A DNA stretch of 64,000 nt from an uncultured delta proteobacterium (GCA_963808625.1 CAWEHK010000018.1:32001-96000), one strand, 5' to 3'. Positions 53,127-63,842 are shown, counted from the first letter of the stretch. Program-made: numbers and translations. Notes: generated from the sequence alone by a model not told the origin.

Positions 53127-54380
53127 ATGGCTAATACGAAAGAGGTCAAAGTTTGGCGTGCACTCGGAAGTCGGTCAACTGCGCAAGGTGTTGGTCTGTG
53201 CACCGGGGTCGCGCACACGCGACTGACACCGTCCAACTGCGACGCGCTCCTTTTCGACGACGTGCTGTGGGTCGACAATGCCAAGCGCGACCACTTCGAC
53301 TTCATCACCAAGCTGCGCGACCGCGGTGTCGACGTGGTGGAGATGCACAACCTGCTGGCCGAAACGGTCGCGGTTCCAGAAGGCAAGAAGTGGATTCTCG
53401 ACAATCAAGTGGTGCCGGACCAGGTCGGTCTTGGCCTGGTGGACGAAATCCGGGGCTACCTCGAAGGCCTGGATTCCCGCAAACTCGCCGAAACGCTGCT
53501 CGGCGGTCTGTCAACCGAGGATTTTCCGGAAACGCACGGCGGCGAAATGCTCAAGCTGGTGAAGGACGCGGCCGGCGTCACCGAGTATCTGTTGCCGCCG
53601 CTGCCGAACACGCTGTACACGCGCGACACGACCTGCTGGATCTACGGCGGCGTCACGCTCAATCCGCTGTATTGGCCGGCGCGGCACGAAGAAACGATCC
53701 TGACCACAGCGATTTACAAGTTCCATCCCGATTTCGCGGGCAAGGTGAATGTCTGGTGGGGCGATCCGACCAGAGACCATGGCTTGGCGACGCTGGAAGG
53801 CGGCGACGTGATGCCAATCGGCAAGGGCAACGTCCTGATCGGCATGAGCGAGCGCACTTCGCGCCAGGCGATCAGCCAACTCGCCGCCACGCTGTTCGAA
53901 AAGGGCGCGGCGGAGCGGGTCATCGTGGCCGCAATGCCGAAGCTGCGGGCGGCCATGCACCTGGACACGGTGTTCACGTTCGCCGACCGCGACTGCGTTT
54001 TGCTGTACCCGGACATCGTGTACAATATAGCCGCCTACTCGTACCGCCCGAGCAGCGCGCCGAGCGGCGTCGAGTTGGTCAAGGACAAGAAGCCTTTCGT
54101 TGAGGTGATCGCCGAGGCCCTGGGGCTGAAAAAGCTGCGCGTGGTCGAGACCGGCGGCAACGCGTACCTGCGGGAGCGCACGCAGTGGGACAGCGGCGCC
54201 AACCTGGTGTGCGCATCGCCGGGCGTGGTTTTCGCCTACGACCGCAATGTGTACACCAACACGCTGCTGCGCAAGGAAGGCATCGAAGTGATCACGATCG
54301 TCGGCGCCGAACTGGGCCGCGGGCGCGGGGGCGGTCATTGTATGACCTGCCCGATCATCCGGGACGCAGTCGACTACTAG
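53127..54380 (+). CDS. arcA: Arginine deiminase (compensating frameshifts near 53149 and 53206)
   Basis: [50 protein letters not shown] lies in an alternative frame. Confidence 0.95.
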   Translation: MANTKEVKVWRALGSRSTAQGVGLCTGVAHTRLTPSNCDALLFDDVLWVDNAKRDHFDFITKLRDRGVDVVEMHNLLAETVAVPEGKKWILDNQVVPDQVGLGLVDEIRGYLEGLDSRKLAETLLGGLSTEDFPETHGGEMLKLVKDAAGVTEYLLPPLPNTLYTRDTTCWIYGGVTLNPLYWPARHEETILTTAIYKFHPDFAGKVNVWWGDPTRDHGLATLEGGDVMPIGKGNVLIGMSERTSRQAISQLAATLFEKGAAERVIVAAMPKLRAAMHLDTVFTFADRDCVLLYPDIVYNIAAYSYRPSSAPSGVELVKDKKPFVEVIAEALGLKKLRVVETGGNAYLRERTQWDSGANLVCASPGVVFAYDRNVYTNTLLRKEGIEVITIVGAELGRGRGGGHCMTCPIIRDAVDY

Positions 54381-54432
54381 TACAAGCGGGCGTTAGTTTC
54401 TCGTCAGTTCGGCCACCGTTTGACCCCATCGT

Positions 54433-54460
54433 GTAGGGGCGACCGGCCGGTCGCCCTTAC
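54433..54460. repeat. Palindromic GTAG REP
   Basis: GTAGGGGCGACCGGCCGGTCGCCCTTAC. Confidence 0.8.
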
Positions 54461-54496
54461 AGGCCGAAACCGGCTGGTGGCTTCGGCCCATGGGTA

Positions 54497-54652
54497 CTAG
54501 TCAGTGTCCATCCGGAAAGGTCCCGAATTTCTCCTCCCCCTCGACGGGGGAGGTTGGGCGAGGGTGAAGATGGGTGTGATTGCTGACCCTTGATCAACCC
54601 CCTCCCCCTGCCCCTCTCACCAAGGGAGGGGTTTCCGGATGGGAACCAGTCA
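54497..54652. repeat. Composite palindromic element (CCATCCGGAAA/TTTCCGGATGG arms enclosing CTCCCC/GGGGAG hairpins)
   Basis: Inverted arms and internal hairpins seen directly. Confidence 0.55.
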
Positions 54653-55049
54653 GGGGCGGTGAATGTCCATTGCCGCCGAAGTGCCACCTTATGATGAGCA
54701 TTGAGAGAAACAGGATGGCTTTTCTTCTACTGTGTTTTGGCCAAAATGGCCTTTTGTGCTCTTTAAACCCGCATAAAATCTAGCGTGAAATTGAGCAATA
54801 CCTTCAGCGAAAGCGGTCTCTTGGCCGGGATTACTCGTATGAGGCAGCTATTCTCCATGCTTTCGACTGCTCCATTATAGATTCTATATTGGTTAAGTTA
54901 TCCTACTCATTTCATTGTTCCGGGGCATAATCACGTGCTTTAAGCTTATTCACCTTGTTTCGGCCCGGGCCGCAAACTGAATGTCGGGCCGTAACGATTT
55001 TTCCTTAATCCACCCGTCCTGGCGGATGAGCCGCCGTGAAAGGTTTCCC

Positions 55050-56231
55050 ATGCTTAAGACCAGATACCCTGACCGCCAGAGTCTTCAGCAATTTTCCCGG
55101 GTCGGCCTCGGCATTTTCCTGCTTCTGGTTGCGGCCTGTGGTTCCAAGGAACAAGCTGGAACCCCGCAGGGCCTCCCGCCTCCGACCGTGGTAGTGACGC
55201 CGGTGACCCCAAGAACCGTCCCTATCTATGGAGAATACGTTGCCCGGACCGAGGCCCGCCAAAGTGTGGAGATCAGGGCCCGGGTGGAAGGATTCCTGGA
55301 GAAGGTTCTCTTCCAGGAAGGCAGCCAGGTCAAGGCCGGACAGCTCCTTTTTGTTATCGACCAGCGGCCCTATAAGACGGCCTTGCAAGAAGCCCGGGGG
55401 ACCATGGCCCAGGCTCAGGCGTCCCTGGGGAAGGCCCAGAAGGATGTGGCGCGTCTGCACCCCCTGGTAGCCGAAGATGCCGCCCCCCAGGTGGACCTGG
55501 ACAACGCCGAATCGGCAGTCCAGCACAGCCGGGCTTCCATTGAAAGGGCCCAGGCCGCTATCGCCAGGGCCGAGCTGGACCTGAAATTCACCGAAATTCG
55601 CTCCCCCATCACCGGCATTATCGGCAAGGAAGAAGTGACGGTGGGCAACCTGGTCTCCAGGGATCAGACCGTTCTGACAACGGTGTCTGCCTGGGACCCC
55701 ATGCGGGTGGTCTTCAGCCTCAGCGAGGCTGACTACCTGCTCCGGGCCCAGGAGTTCCATGAAGGTAATCCGTTCCCACCGGAGAAGGATGCCGCACCGT
55801 TCGAACTGATCATCGCCGACAATTCCGTCTATCCCTTCAGAGGCAGGCTCAGCTTTGTGGACCGGGCCCTGAATCTGACCACCGGCTCCCTGAACGTGTA
55901 TGTGAGCTTCCCAAACCCCGACCGGTTGCTCAGGCCCGGGCTGTTCGGCCGCATCCGGGTCATGCTGGAGGAGAGACCCGACACCCTCGTGGTGCCCCAG
56001 AGGGCGGTGCAGGTCATGCAGGGAATAACCAGCGTCTTAGTGGTGGGTAAGGATGACAAGGTGGCGCTCCATACCGTCACCCTGGGGGAGCGCTATCAAG
56101 ATTTTTTCATTGTCACTGAGGGACTCAAGGCCGGGGACCGGGTGGTGGTGGAAGGGCTGCAGAGGGCCATCCCGGGGCAGCAGGTAGCGCCCACGGTACA
56201 GCCTGTCAGCCAGGAAAAGAAAGGAGGCTGA
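55050..56231 (+). CDS. RND efflux periplasmic adaptor (MFP)
   Basis: Lipobox VAAC, EIRARVEG, IRSPITG, LRPGLFGR, GLKAGDRVVVEG. Confidence 0.92.
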   Translation: MLKTRYPDRQSLQQFSRVGLGIFLLLVAACGSKEQAGTPQGLPPPTVVVTPVTPRTVPIYGEYVARTEARQSVEIRARVEGFLEKVLFQEGSQVKAGQLLFVIDQRPYKTALQEARGTMAQAQASLGKAQKDVARLHPLVAEDAAPQVDLDNAESAVQHSRASIERAQAAIARAELDLKFTEIRSPITGIIGKEEVTVGNLVSRDQTVLTTVSAWDPMRVVFSLSEADYLLRAQEFHEGNPFPPEKDAAPFELIIADNSVYPFRGRLSFVDRALNLTTGSLNVYVSFPNPDRLLRPGLFGRIRVMLEERPDTLVVPQRAVQVMQGITSVLVVGKDDKVALHTVTLGERYQDFFIVTEGLKAGDRVVVEGLQRAIPGQQVAPTVQPVSQEKKGG

Positions 56232-56236
56232 GGGTC

Positions 56237-59200
56237 GTGTCTAAATATTTCATCCATCGGCCCATCTTCGCAATGGTCATCGGCCTGGTGATTCTCATTG
56301 CCGGGCTAGTGGCCATCTTCAGTCTGCCCATCGCCCAATATCCCCCCATCAGCCCGCCCACGATCACGGTGGAGACCTTTTTCACCGGGGCGAGCGCCCG
56401 GGTGGTGGAGGAAAACGTGGCCGTGCCCATCGAGCAGGAGGTGAACGGGGCCGAGAACATGATTTACATGTCCTCCAGCAGCACCAGCGACGGCCGCTAC
56501 TCCCTGACCTGCACGTTTGCCGTGGGTACCGACATCGATATCGCCCAGGTGGATGTGCAGAACCGGGTGAGCCGGGCCAACCGGGCCCTGCCGCCAGAGG
56601 TTCTAAACTTTGGCATTAACGTCCAGAAAGCCTCGCCGGACATGCTCATCGTCCTGTCCTTGTATTCCCCGGACGACACCTATGACGATTTGTTTCTCAG
56701 CAACTATGCCTCCTTGAACCTCTACGATCCCCTCGCCCGCATCTATGGCGTGGGCAACATCAGCATCGTGGGGGAACGGGAGTATGCCATGCGCCTCTGG
56801 GTCAGGCCCGACCGACTGGCCGCCCTGGGACTCACGGCCAGAGATGTGGCCCAGGCGGTGCAGGACCAGAACGTCCAGGCCCCGGCCGGCCAGGTGGGCC
56901 AACCGCCGGCCAAGGCCGGTTTGAGCTTCCAGTACACCGTGGACGTCAAGGGACGCCTCACCGATAAAGAAGAATTTGACAATATCATCATCCGCACCCT
57001 GCCGGACGGGTCGGTCTTGCGCGTCCGGGACGTGGCGAGCACCGAACTGGGCGCCAGAAGGTACACTTCATTTTCTCGGCGGGCCGGCAAGCCGGCCACC
57101 ACCATGGTGATCTACCAGCTCCCCGGGGCCAATGCCCTCGACGTGGCCAACAAGATCCAGGCCTTCATGGAAGAGGCCAAAAGAAGTTTTCCGCCGGGGC
57201 TGGAATACGAGGTCTCCTACGACAATACCCTGTTCGTCAGGGCGGCGCTCAAGGAAGTGGTGTTCACCCTTTTCAAGGCCATGGGTCTGGTAATGCTGGT
57301 GGTGTTCATCTTCCTGGGGAACTTCAGGGCCACTCTGATTCCCTGCCTGGTAGTGCCCATACCCATGGTGGGCACTTTTGCCGCCTTTGCCGGGTTAGGG
57401 TTGTCCATCAACACCCTCTCTTTGTTCGGCCTGGTCCTGGCCATCGGCTCCGTGGTGGATGACGCCATCGTCGTGGTGGAGGCGGTGAAGACTCATATGG
57501 GGGCGGGCTTAAGTCCTCTAGAGGCCACGGAGAAGGCCATGGACGAGGTTAGCCGGCCCATGATCGGGGTGGCCTGCGCGCTCCTTTCGGTCTATGTCCC
57601 GGTGATCTTTCTGGGGGGCATTGTCGGCCAACTTTACCGCCAGTTCGCTCTCACCCTCTGCTTTGCGGCGCTGCTGTCGATCATTATGGCCCTGACCCTC
57701 ACCCCGGCGTTATGCGTCAAGATCCTGCGTCCCAAGAAAAAGGACCAGCGGGGACCTCTGGGGGCCTTCAACCGGGCCTTCGACCGGCTCTTCGACCGCA
57801 CCACCAAAGCTTATATCACGGGGGTACAGTTTTTCATGCGCCGCCTGGCCCTGGCCCTGATCCTCCTGGCGGCCGTATATGTAGGAGCGGGCAGCCTCTT
57901 GCGGACCTTGCCCGGGGGGTTGGTGCCGGATGAAGATCAAGGGGTCGTTTTTGTTACCTTCACCCTGCCACCGGCCGCCTCCCTGGAACGCACCGGCACG
58001 GTTTTGACCCGGGCGGAGCAATTTGCCGCCAAAGTGCCGGGCATCCAGACCATCCTTGGCTGGGGCGGCTTTAATCTCATGACCAACAGCTTCAGCTCCG
58101 ACGCCGCCACCCTGGTCATGACCCTGGAACCATGGGATAAGCGCACTTCCGGGGAAACTCAGCTCGTCGCTATCATGCAGCGCCTGCGCCGGGAATTCGC
58201 CGGTTATCCCGAGGCCCGGTCTTTTGTCTTTTCCTTGCCATCCATTCCCGGCATGGGCAACGTCAGCGGTTTCCAATACCAGCTTCAGGACCGGTCCGCC
58301 CGCACCCCGGAGGAACTTTATCAGACGGCCCAGAATTTGGTGGCGGCGGCGCCCAGAGAGCCGGCTATCGCGGCAGTATTCAATACCTTCCAGGTCAGCG
58401 TGCCTCAGGTGAAACTGGATATTGACCGGGACAAGGTCCAGACTCTGGGCATACCCCTGAGAAATGTCTTTGACGGCCTCCAGCTTTACCTGGGCGGCTT
58501 TATGATCAACGACTTCAACAAATTCGGCCGGGTGTACCGGGTCATGGTCCAGGCCAAGCCGGAATTCCGCCGGAACCCGGATGACATCGGCGACATTTAT
58601 GTCCGAAATGCGAACGGCAGGATGGTTCCCCTGAGCACCCTGGTGAAAGTGGGGTCCCAGACCGGCCCCATCCACATCAACCGCTACAATATGTTTCGCT
58701 CGGCAGAACTCGCGGGACAAAACGCGCCCGGCTACAGCTCCGGGGATGCCATCGCCGCCATGGAGCGCCTTTCCAAGGATCTGCCCCGGGGGTTCGGGTA
58801 TGAATGGACGGGTCTGGCGTTCCAGGAAAAGGTGGCCGGCGGCCAGGCGGGCTATATCTTCGCCTTCTCCCTGCTTTTCGTTTTTCTGACGCTGGCGGCC
58901 CTGTATGAGAGCTGGGCCATCCCCTTCGGGGTGCTCCTGGGCTTGCCCATCACCGTCTTCGGGGCCTTTTTAGGGGTGTGGCTCCGAGGCTTGGCGAACG
59001 ACGTCTACGTGCAGGTTGGCATCGTGATGCTCATCGGTCTGAACGCCAAACTCTCCATCATGATCGTGGAATTCGCCAAGGAGAAGCGGGATCGGGAGGG
59101 CTATTCGGCGTTTGCGGCCGCGGGTGAGGGGGCCCGGCTGCGCTTTCGGGCCGTTCTGATGACCGCGCTGGCTGAAGTCTTCGGGTTGATGACGCTGGTA

Positions 59201-59419
59201 TTGTCCAGCGGAGCCGGCGCCGCGGCCCGCTGGTCGGTGGGCACGGCCGTCGTTTTCGGTATGGCCACGGCCACGCTGCTGAGCTTGTTCTTCATCCCGG
59301 TGCTTTATTATGGCGTCGAAACTCTCCTGGAGAAGGTGCGAGGCCCACAGAGCACCGCAGCACCGGGCATTCCGGCCCCAGCCCCTGAGCGCCGGGGGGA
59401 GCAGGGAGGTCAATTATGA
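56237..59419 (+). CDS. RND efflux permease (HAE1/AcrB family)
   Basis: FIHRPIFA, LPIAQYPPI, VDDAIVVVE, LRFRAVLMT. Confidence 0.96.
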   Translation: MSKYFIHRPIFAMVIGLVILIAGLVAIFSLPIAQYPPISPPTITVETFFTGASARVVEENVAVPIEQEVNGAENMIYMSSSSTSDGRYSLTCTFAVGTDIDIAQVDVQNRVSRANRALPPEVLNFGINVQKASPDMLIVLSLYSPDDTYDDLFLSNYASLNLYDPLARIYGVGNISIVGEREYAMRLWVRPDRLAALGLTARDVAQAVQDQNVQAPAGQVGQPPAKAGLSFQYTVDVKGRLTDKEEFDNIIIRTLPDGSVLRVRDVASTELGARRYTSFSRRAGKPATTMVIYQLPGANALDVANKIQAFMEEAKRSFPPGLEYEVSYDNTLFVRAALKEVVFTLFKAMGLVMLVVFIFLGNFRATLIPCLVVPIPMVGTFAAFAGLGLSINTLSLFGLVLAIGSVVDDAIVVVEAVKTHMGAGLSPLEATEKAMDEVSRPMIGVACALLSVYVPVIFLGGIVGQLYRQFALTLCFAALLSIIMALTLTPALCVKILRPKKKDQRGPLGAFNRAFDRLFDRTTKAYITGVQFFMRRLALALILLAAVYVGAGSLLRTLPGGLVPDEDQGVVFVTFTLPPAASLERTGTVLTRAEQFAAKVPGIQTILGWGGFNLMTNSFSSDAATLVMTLEPWDKRTSGETQLVAIMQRLRREFAGYPEARSFVFSLPSIPGMGNVSGFQYQLQDRSARTPEELYQTAQNLVAAAPREPAIAAVFNTFQVSVPQVKLDIDRDKVQTLGIPLRNVFDGLQLYLGGFMINDFNKFGRVYRVMVQAKPEFRRNPDDIGDIYVRNANGRMVPLSTLVKVGSQTGPIHINRYNMFRSAELAGQNAPGYSSGDAIAAMERLSKDLPRGFGYEWTGLAFQEKVAGGQAGYIFAFSLLFVFLTLAALYESWAIPFGVLLGLPITVFGAFLGVWLRGLANDVYVQVGIVMLIGLNAKLSIMIVEFAKEKRDREGYSAFAAAGEGARLRFRAVLMTALAEVFGLMTLVLSSGAGAAARWSVGTAVVFGMATATLLSLFFIPVLYYGVETLLEKVRGPQSTAAPGIPAPAPERRGEQGGQL

Positions 59420-60873
59420 AACGGCAGGTCGGTTTGCTCATCATCACCCTGCTCCTGGCCGGCTGCACCCTGGCCCCGAAATATGCGCGCGCCCCGGGGG
59501 ACGTGCCCCAGGAATACCGCTTCCAGTCTCTCCAGGGGCAGCCGCAGCCGGGACTTGACACCCTGGCGGACCTGAGCTGGTGGGAAATTTTCGACGACCA
59601 GGAACTCCAGGGCCTCATCCGCACCGCTCTGGAGCAAAATTACGACGTGCTCCTGGCTGCGGCCCGGGTGGCTGAGGTCCGGGCCCGGGTGGGCGTGAGC
59701 CGTTCCCTGTGGCTGCCGCAAGCTGGAGGCGCGTATGCCTTCCAGCGCCAGCGTGTGTCCGAGGTCAGTTTCCCTCCCTTATCTCCCCTGGTGCCGCATA
59801 CGGTCAACATTAGCCAACTTAATCTGGATCTTTTCTGGGAGATCGATCTGTTCGGCCGACTGCGCAGTCTGACCGACGCGGCCCGGGCCGAGTTTTTTGC
59901 CTCGGAGTGGGCCCAGCGGGCGGTCTTCGCCAGCGTGGTGGCCGAGGTGGCCCAGGCGTATTTCGAGCTGCGCACCCTGGACCGGCAGTTGGAGATCTCG
60001 GAAGCCACCTTGAAGTCGTTCGAGGTCTCCCGCAAGCTGGTGGTCAAGCGTTTCGAAGGCGGCCTGGTGTCCCGCCAGGATGTGGCCCAGATTGACTCTC
60101 TGGTGCATACGGCCGGGGCCAGAATCGCCGACCTGAAGCGCCAGATCGGCCAGCAGGAAGACCGGATCTGCCTCCTTCTGGGACTCAACCCCCAGCCCGT
60201 CAAGCGGGGTAAACCGCTCACGGCCCTGGTGGTGCGGGCCACCGTGCCGGCCGGTCTCCCTTCGGACCTCCTCGAGCGGCGGCCGGACATCCGCCAGGCG
60301 GAAGAGGTGCTGGTGGCCGCCAACTATCGCATCGGCGCGGCCCGGGCCGACTTCTTCCCCCGCATTAACCTTACGGGGCTTTTCGGCGCCCAGAGCGTGG
60401 AACTGTCCGATCTCTTCACCGGGCCGGCCAAAATCTGGAGCATCGGCCCCAGCGTGACGCTCCCCATCTTCACCGGCGGCCGTCATTACTTCAATCTGCA
60501 GTCCACCTGGGCCCAGCAGGAGCAGGCCCTGACCCTGTACCAATTCACCGTCCGTCAGGCCTTCCGGGAAGTGGCCGATGGCCTGATCGGCCACACGCAG
60601 TTCCGTGACTTGCGCCTGGAGCAGGAGGCTCTGGTGAAAAGCGATCAGGATTACGCTCAGTTGGCCAGCTTGCGCTATAAAGGCGGGATGGAGTCGTTCC
60701 TGGCCGTGCTGGATGCTGATCGCCAGCTTTTCGCCGCCCAACTGGACCTGGCGGCAGTACAGCGGGACCAGCTTCTCACCATCGTGCAGCTTTATAAGGC
60801 CTTAGGGGGAGGCTGGGAACTCATCAGGCAGCCTCCCGATAACCCCATCGGTTCCGACCCCGAACCCCCCTGA
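59416..60873 (+). CDS. Efflux outer membrane lipoprotein (NodT/OprM family)
   Basis: Lipobox LAGC, WEIDLFGR, LLERRPDIRQAE, LYKALGGGW. Confidence 0.95.
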   Translation: MKRQVGLLIITLLLAGCTLAPKYARAPGDVPQEYRFQSLQGQPQPGLDTLADLSWWEIFDDQELQGLIRTALEQNYDVLLAAARVAEVRARVGVSRSLWLPQAGGAYAFQRQRVSEVSFPPLSPLVPHTVNISQLNLDLFWEIDLFGRLRSLTDAARAEFFASEWAQRAVFASVVAEVAQAYFELRTLDRQLEISEATLKSFEVSRKLVVKRFEGGLVSRQDVAQIDSLVHTAGARIADLKRQIGQQEDRICLLLGLNPQPVKRGKPLTALVVRATVPAGLPSDLLERRPDIRQAEEVLVAANYRIGAARADFFPRINLTGLFGAQSVELSDLFTGPAKIWSIGPSVTLPIFTGGRHYFNLQSTWAQQEQALTLYQFTVRQAFREVADGLIGHTQFRDLRLEQEALVKSDQDYAQLASLRYKGGMESFLAVLDADRQLFAAQLDLAAVQRDQLLTIVQLYKALGGGWELIRQPPDNPIGSDPEPP

Positions 60874-60955
60874 GAAACGATAACCGGGGACCTGCCCCCG
60901 GTGGCTGAAAGGCTTTCCTGCGAAAATGGAACATTCAATCCTTAACGGGTATGAT

Positions 60956-61011
60956 TCCTTGACAAGCTCCAGAGGACCGGCTATCCAAAAGCCTCCAAGA
61001 AGCAAATTTCC
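60956..61011 (+). promoter_or_regulatory. Repeated promoter-like element, copy 3 (upstream of nhaC)
   Basis: TCCTTGACA-N17-TATCCA..CTCCAAGAAGCAAATTTCC. Confidence 0.65.
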
Positions 61012-61026
61012 ATCACCGATTGGGAG

Positions 61027-62520
61027 ATGCCAATGACAAACCAGACCCCACCCACACGCGTCACGAAGGAACCCTCCTACGCGGACGCGATCATCCCGCT
61101 GGTCGTGCTCATAGTCCTGATCGCGGGGTCCGTTTTCCTGTTCGGGAACGACGCGATCGACGGCCCGTTACAGGTGGCGTTGCTGCTCAGCGCCATGATC
61201 ACCGCTCTTGTCATCCTCAAGAACGGGCATCCCTGGGAGGAGGTCAGCGCCGCCAGCGGACGGGCGATCTCCTCGGTCATCAGCGCGATCTTCATTCTTC
61301 TGTCCGTTGGTGCCCTGATCGGCACCTGGAACATGTCCGGCACGATCCCGACGTTGGTCGACTACGGGATCCGTCTGCTGCAACCGAGCTGGTTCTATAT
61401 GGCGACGGCGGGCATCTGCGCCGCCATCGCCGTGAGCATCGGCAGCTCCTGGACGACGGCGGGCACCATCGGCGTGGGGCTCGTCGGCATCGCGACGATG
61501 GTGGGCGTGTCCCCCGTCATCACGGCTGGTGCGGTCATCTCGGGAGGCTACTTCGGCGACAAGACGTCGCCGCTGTCGGAGACCACGGTCCTGGCCGCGC
61601 AGTTGGCGGGTGTCGATGTCTTCAAGCACATTCGTGCGCAGATCTGGACGTCGATCCCCGCCATGGTCATCGCGCTCGTCGTCTTTGCGATCCTGGGCCT
61701 CAGGGAGAACGTCACTGAGGGTGTCCAGACGGCGCTCGACCTCGCCAAGTTGGAGGAGCTCTTCTGGATCACACCCCTCAACCTGATCCCCCTGGCGTTC
61801 CTCATCGTGCTGTCGGTGCGCAAGGTGCCCGCCTTCCTCGCGATCATGAGCGCGGCGTTGGTCGGCGGAGTCTGCGCAGTGATTTTGCAGCCGGAGGCCG
61901 TCTCGCGCTTCGTCGACGACCCGACGCTGAGCGCACCCATCGTCTATGTGAAAGGCATCTGGCTGGCGATGGCCAACGGCTACCAGTCCACCTCCGGCAT
62001 CCCCGACGTTGACGCGCTGCTCTCGCGCGGCGGCATGGACAGCATGCTCAAGACCCTGTGGATCATCATCGGGGCGGTGACCTTCGGCTCGTTGATGGAG
62101 GAGTTCGGTCTTCTGGCGAAACTCATCGACCCGGTGCTTCGTTGGGCGAACACCACGGGTCGTCTCTTCGTCACAGTGGTGGCGACGGGGATGGGGCTCA
62201 ACATCGTCGCCGGTGATCAGTTCATCGCCCTGGTGCTGCCGGCACGGTTGTTCCGCGTGGAGTTTCAGAAGCGCGGTTTGCAGCCGCAGAACTTGTCGCG
62301 GGTCGTTGCCGATGCCGGAACGGTGACGTCGCCGCTGGTACCCTGGAATTCGTGCGGTGCCTACATGGCCGCCACGCTGGGCGTCTCGACCTTCCTGTAC
62401 CTGCCCTTCTGCATCTTCAACATCGCCAGCCCATTGCTTTCTCTGGCGTATGGGATCACGGGCTTCAAGATCACGCGCATGCCACCCGACATCGGGGAGA
62501 AAGGTCCGCCGACCGCGTGA
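61027..62520 (+). CDS. nhaC: NhaC family Na+/H+ antiporter-like transporter
   Basis: GSSWTTAGTIG, GYFGDKTSPLSETT, SRGGM, SPLVPWNSCG. Confidence 0.9.
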   Translation: MPMTNQTPPTRVTKEPSYADAIIPLVVLIVLIAGSVFLFGNDAIDGPLQVALLLSAMITALVILKNGHPWEEVSAASGRAISSVISAIFILLSVGALIGTWNMSGTIPTLVDYGIRLLQPSWFYMATAGICAAIAVSIGSSWTTAGTIGVGLVGIATMVGVSPVITAGAVISGGYFGDKTSPLSETTVLAAQLAGVDVFKHIRAQIWTSIPAMVIALVVFAILGLRENVTEGVQTALDLAKLEELFWITPLNLIPLAFLIVLSVRKVPAFLAIMSAALVGGVCAVILQPEAVSRFVDDPTLSAPIVYVKGIWLAMANGYQSTSGIPDVDALLSRGGMDSMLKTLWIIIGAVTFGSLMEEFGLLAKLIDPVLRWANTTGRLFVTVVATGMGLNIVAGDQFIALVLPARLFRVEFQKRGLQPQNLSRVVADAGTVTSPLVPWNSCGAYMAATLGVSTFLYLPFCIFNIASPLLSLAYGITGFKITRMPPDIGEKGPPTA

Positions 62521-62669
62521 TCGGAAGGCGATTCGTCGTGAGTCGGTGGCGTGGCAACGGTTTCGCTCTTTTCCGCCGGCGTTATTCTCCCGCTGTCCAT
62601 CCTGGTTCCTGCAATCTATACTTTGCGCGGGCATAAATTGCGTTTACGTCATTCCGATTGGAGGCTCCC

Positions 62670-63812
62670 GTGAAAGCCTTACTAATAGCATTTGTTTTGG
62701 CCACGGTTCTGTGTGCCTGTGTGCAGCGGAAAGAGAGGGTGGCGCCGCCGGAGCCGGTGACAGCGAAGCCTGCCGATTCACACACAAGCCGGAACTCGCT
62801 CGACTGGGCGGGTGTCTATGAAGGCGTTTTGCCGTGCGCAGACTGTCCCGGCATGATGACCAGGCTGACGCTCAACCCCGATGGCACGTACGAACGCGTG
62901 ACTCAGTATCCGGGACGGCAGGATGCGGCGGAAACCGTGCGCGGGCGCTTCGCATGGCAATCCAACGGGAACGCCGTTACGCTCGATGAGCGTGGCGGTG
63001 GGCAACAGTATGCAGTGGGCGAGGCCCGACTCATTCTGATCTACCCTGATGGTGGGCCTGGAGGGTCACCGGCGCCCAACCGGGTGCTGACGCTCGTCCC
63101 GCAAACGGCGACAAGAGATGGTTTGGTGCAGACGCTTGAGCGCTATCGCTGGAGCCTTGAGTCCGCGACCGACGGCCAAGATCGAGCCATTGAGGCCCTG
63201 TCTCCCCGTAAGGGTCACCCGGTTGTGTTCGATTTTTCCGGCACCGGACTCAGCATCCAAGGTTCCTGCAACCGAATGATGGGGACTTACCGGATCAATG
63301 CCGCGGAACAACTCTCGGTGAAGGGCACAGCTTCCACGAATATGGCCTGCGCTCCGGCGCTGATGCAGGCCGATGCCGCCCTGTCCGGCGTGCTGGCCAA
63401 ACCAATGCAGGTCGCGCTGGACGATGGCCCAAAACCGAGGCTGCGCTTGATTTCGGCGTCGAACGAGACGCTGACGCTTACCGGCCAGGCTACGCCGGAA
63501 GCCCGTTACGGACCCGGGACCCTCATCTTTCTGGAGGTCTCCGCTAACCATGTGGCGTGCACAGATCCTCCGCCCCCGAATACACGTTGTCTTCAAGTGC
63601 GCGAACGACACTTTGACGAGCGTGGCCTTGCCGTCGGAACACCGGGAGAATGGCAGCCTCTTCACGAGAATATCGAGGGCTTCACCCACAAGGAAGGCGA
63701 ACGCAATGTGTTGCGGGTCAAACGCTTCAACCGCACCCCGGCGCGTCCCGGGGGCCCCTCGACTCTCGATGTGCTGGATATGATCATCGAGTCGGAGATC
63801 GTGACGCCGTAA
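62670..63812 (+). CDS. NlpE N-terminal + META + DUF4377 lipoprotein
   Basis: SLDWAGVYEGVLPCADCPG, GSCNRM..STNMAC, CLQVRE..IEGF; GGAGG RBS. Confidence 0.85.
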   Translation: MKALLIAFVLATVLCACVQRKERVAPPEPVTAKPADSHTSRNSLDWAGVYEGVLPCADCPGMMTRLTLNPDGTYERVTQYPGRQDAAETVRGRFAWQSNGNAVTLDERGGGQQYAVGEARLILIYPDGGPGGSPAPNRVLTLVPQTATRDGLVQTLERYRWSLESATDGQDRAIEALSPRKGHPVVFDFSGTGLSIQGSCNRMMGTYRINAAEQLSVKGTASTNMACAPALMQADAALSGVLAKPMQVALDDGPKPRLRLISASNETLTLTGQATPEARYGPGTLIFLEVSANHVACTDPPPPNTRCLQVRERHFDERGLAVGTPGEWQPLHENIEGFTHKEGERNVLRVKRFNRTPARPGGPSTLDVLDMIIESEIVTP

Positions 63813-63842
63813 CGCTTAACAGCCCGTGGCACCGGGCGACGC

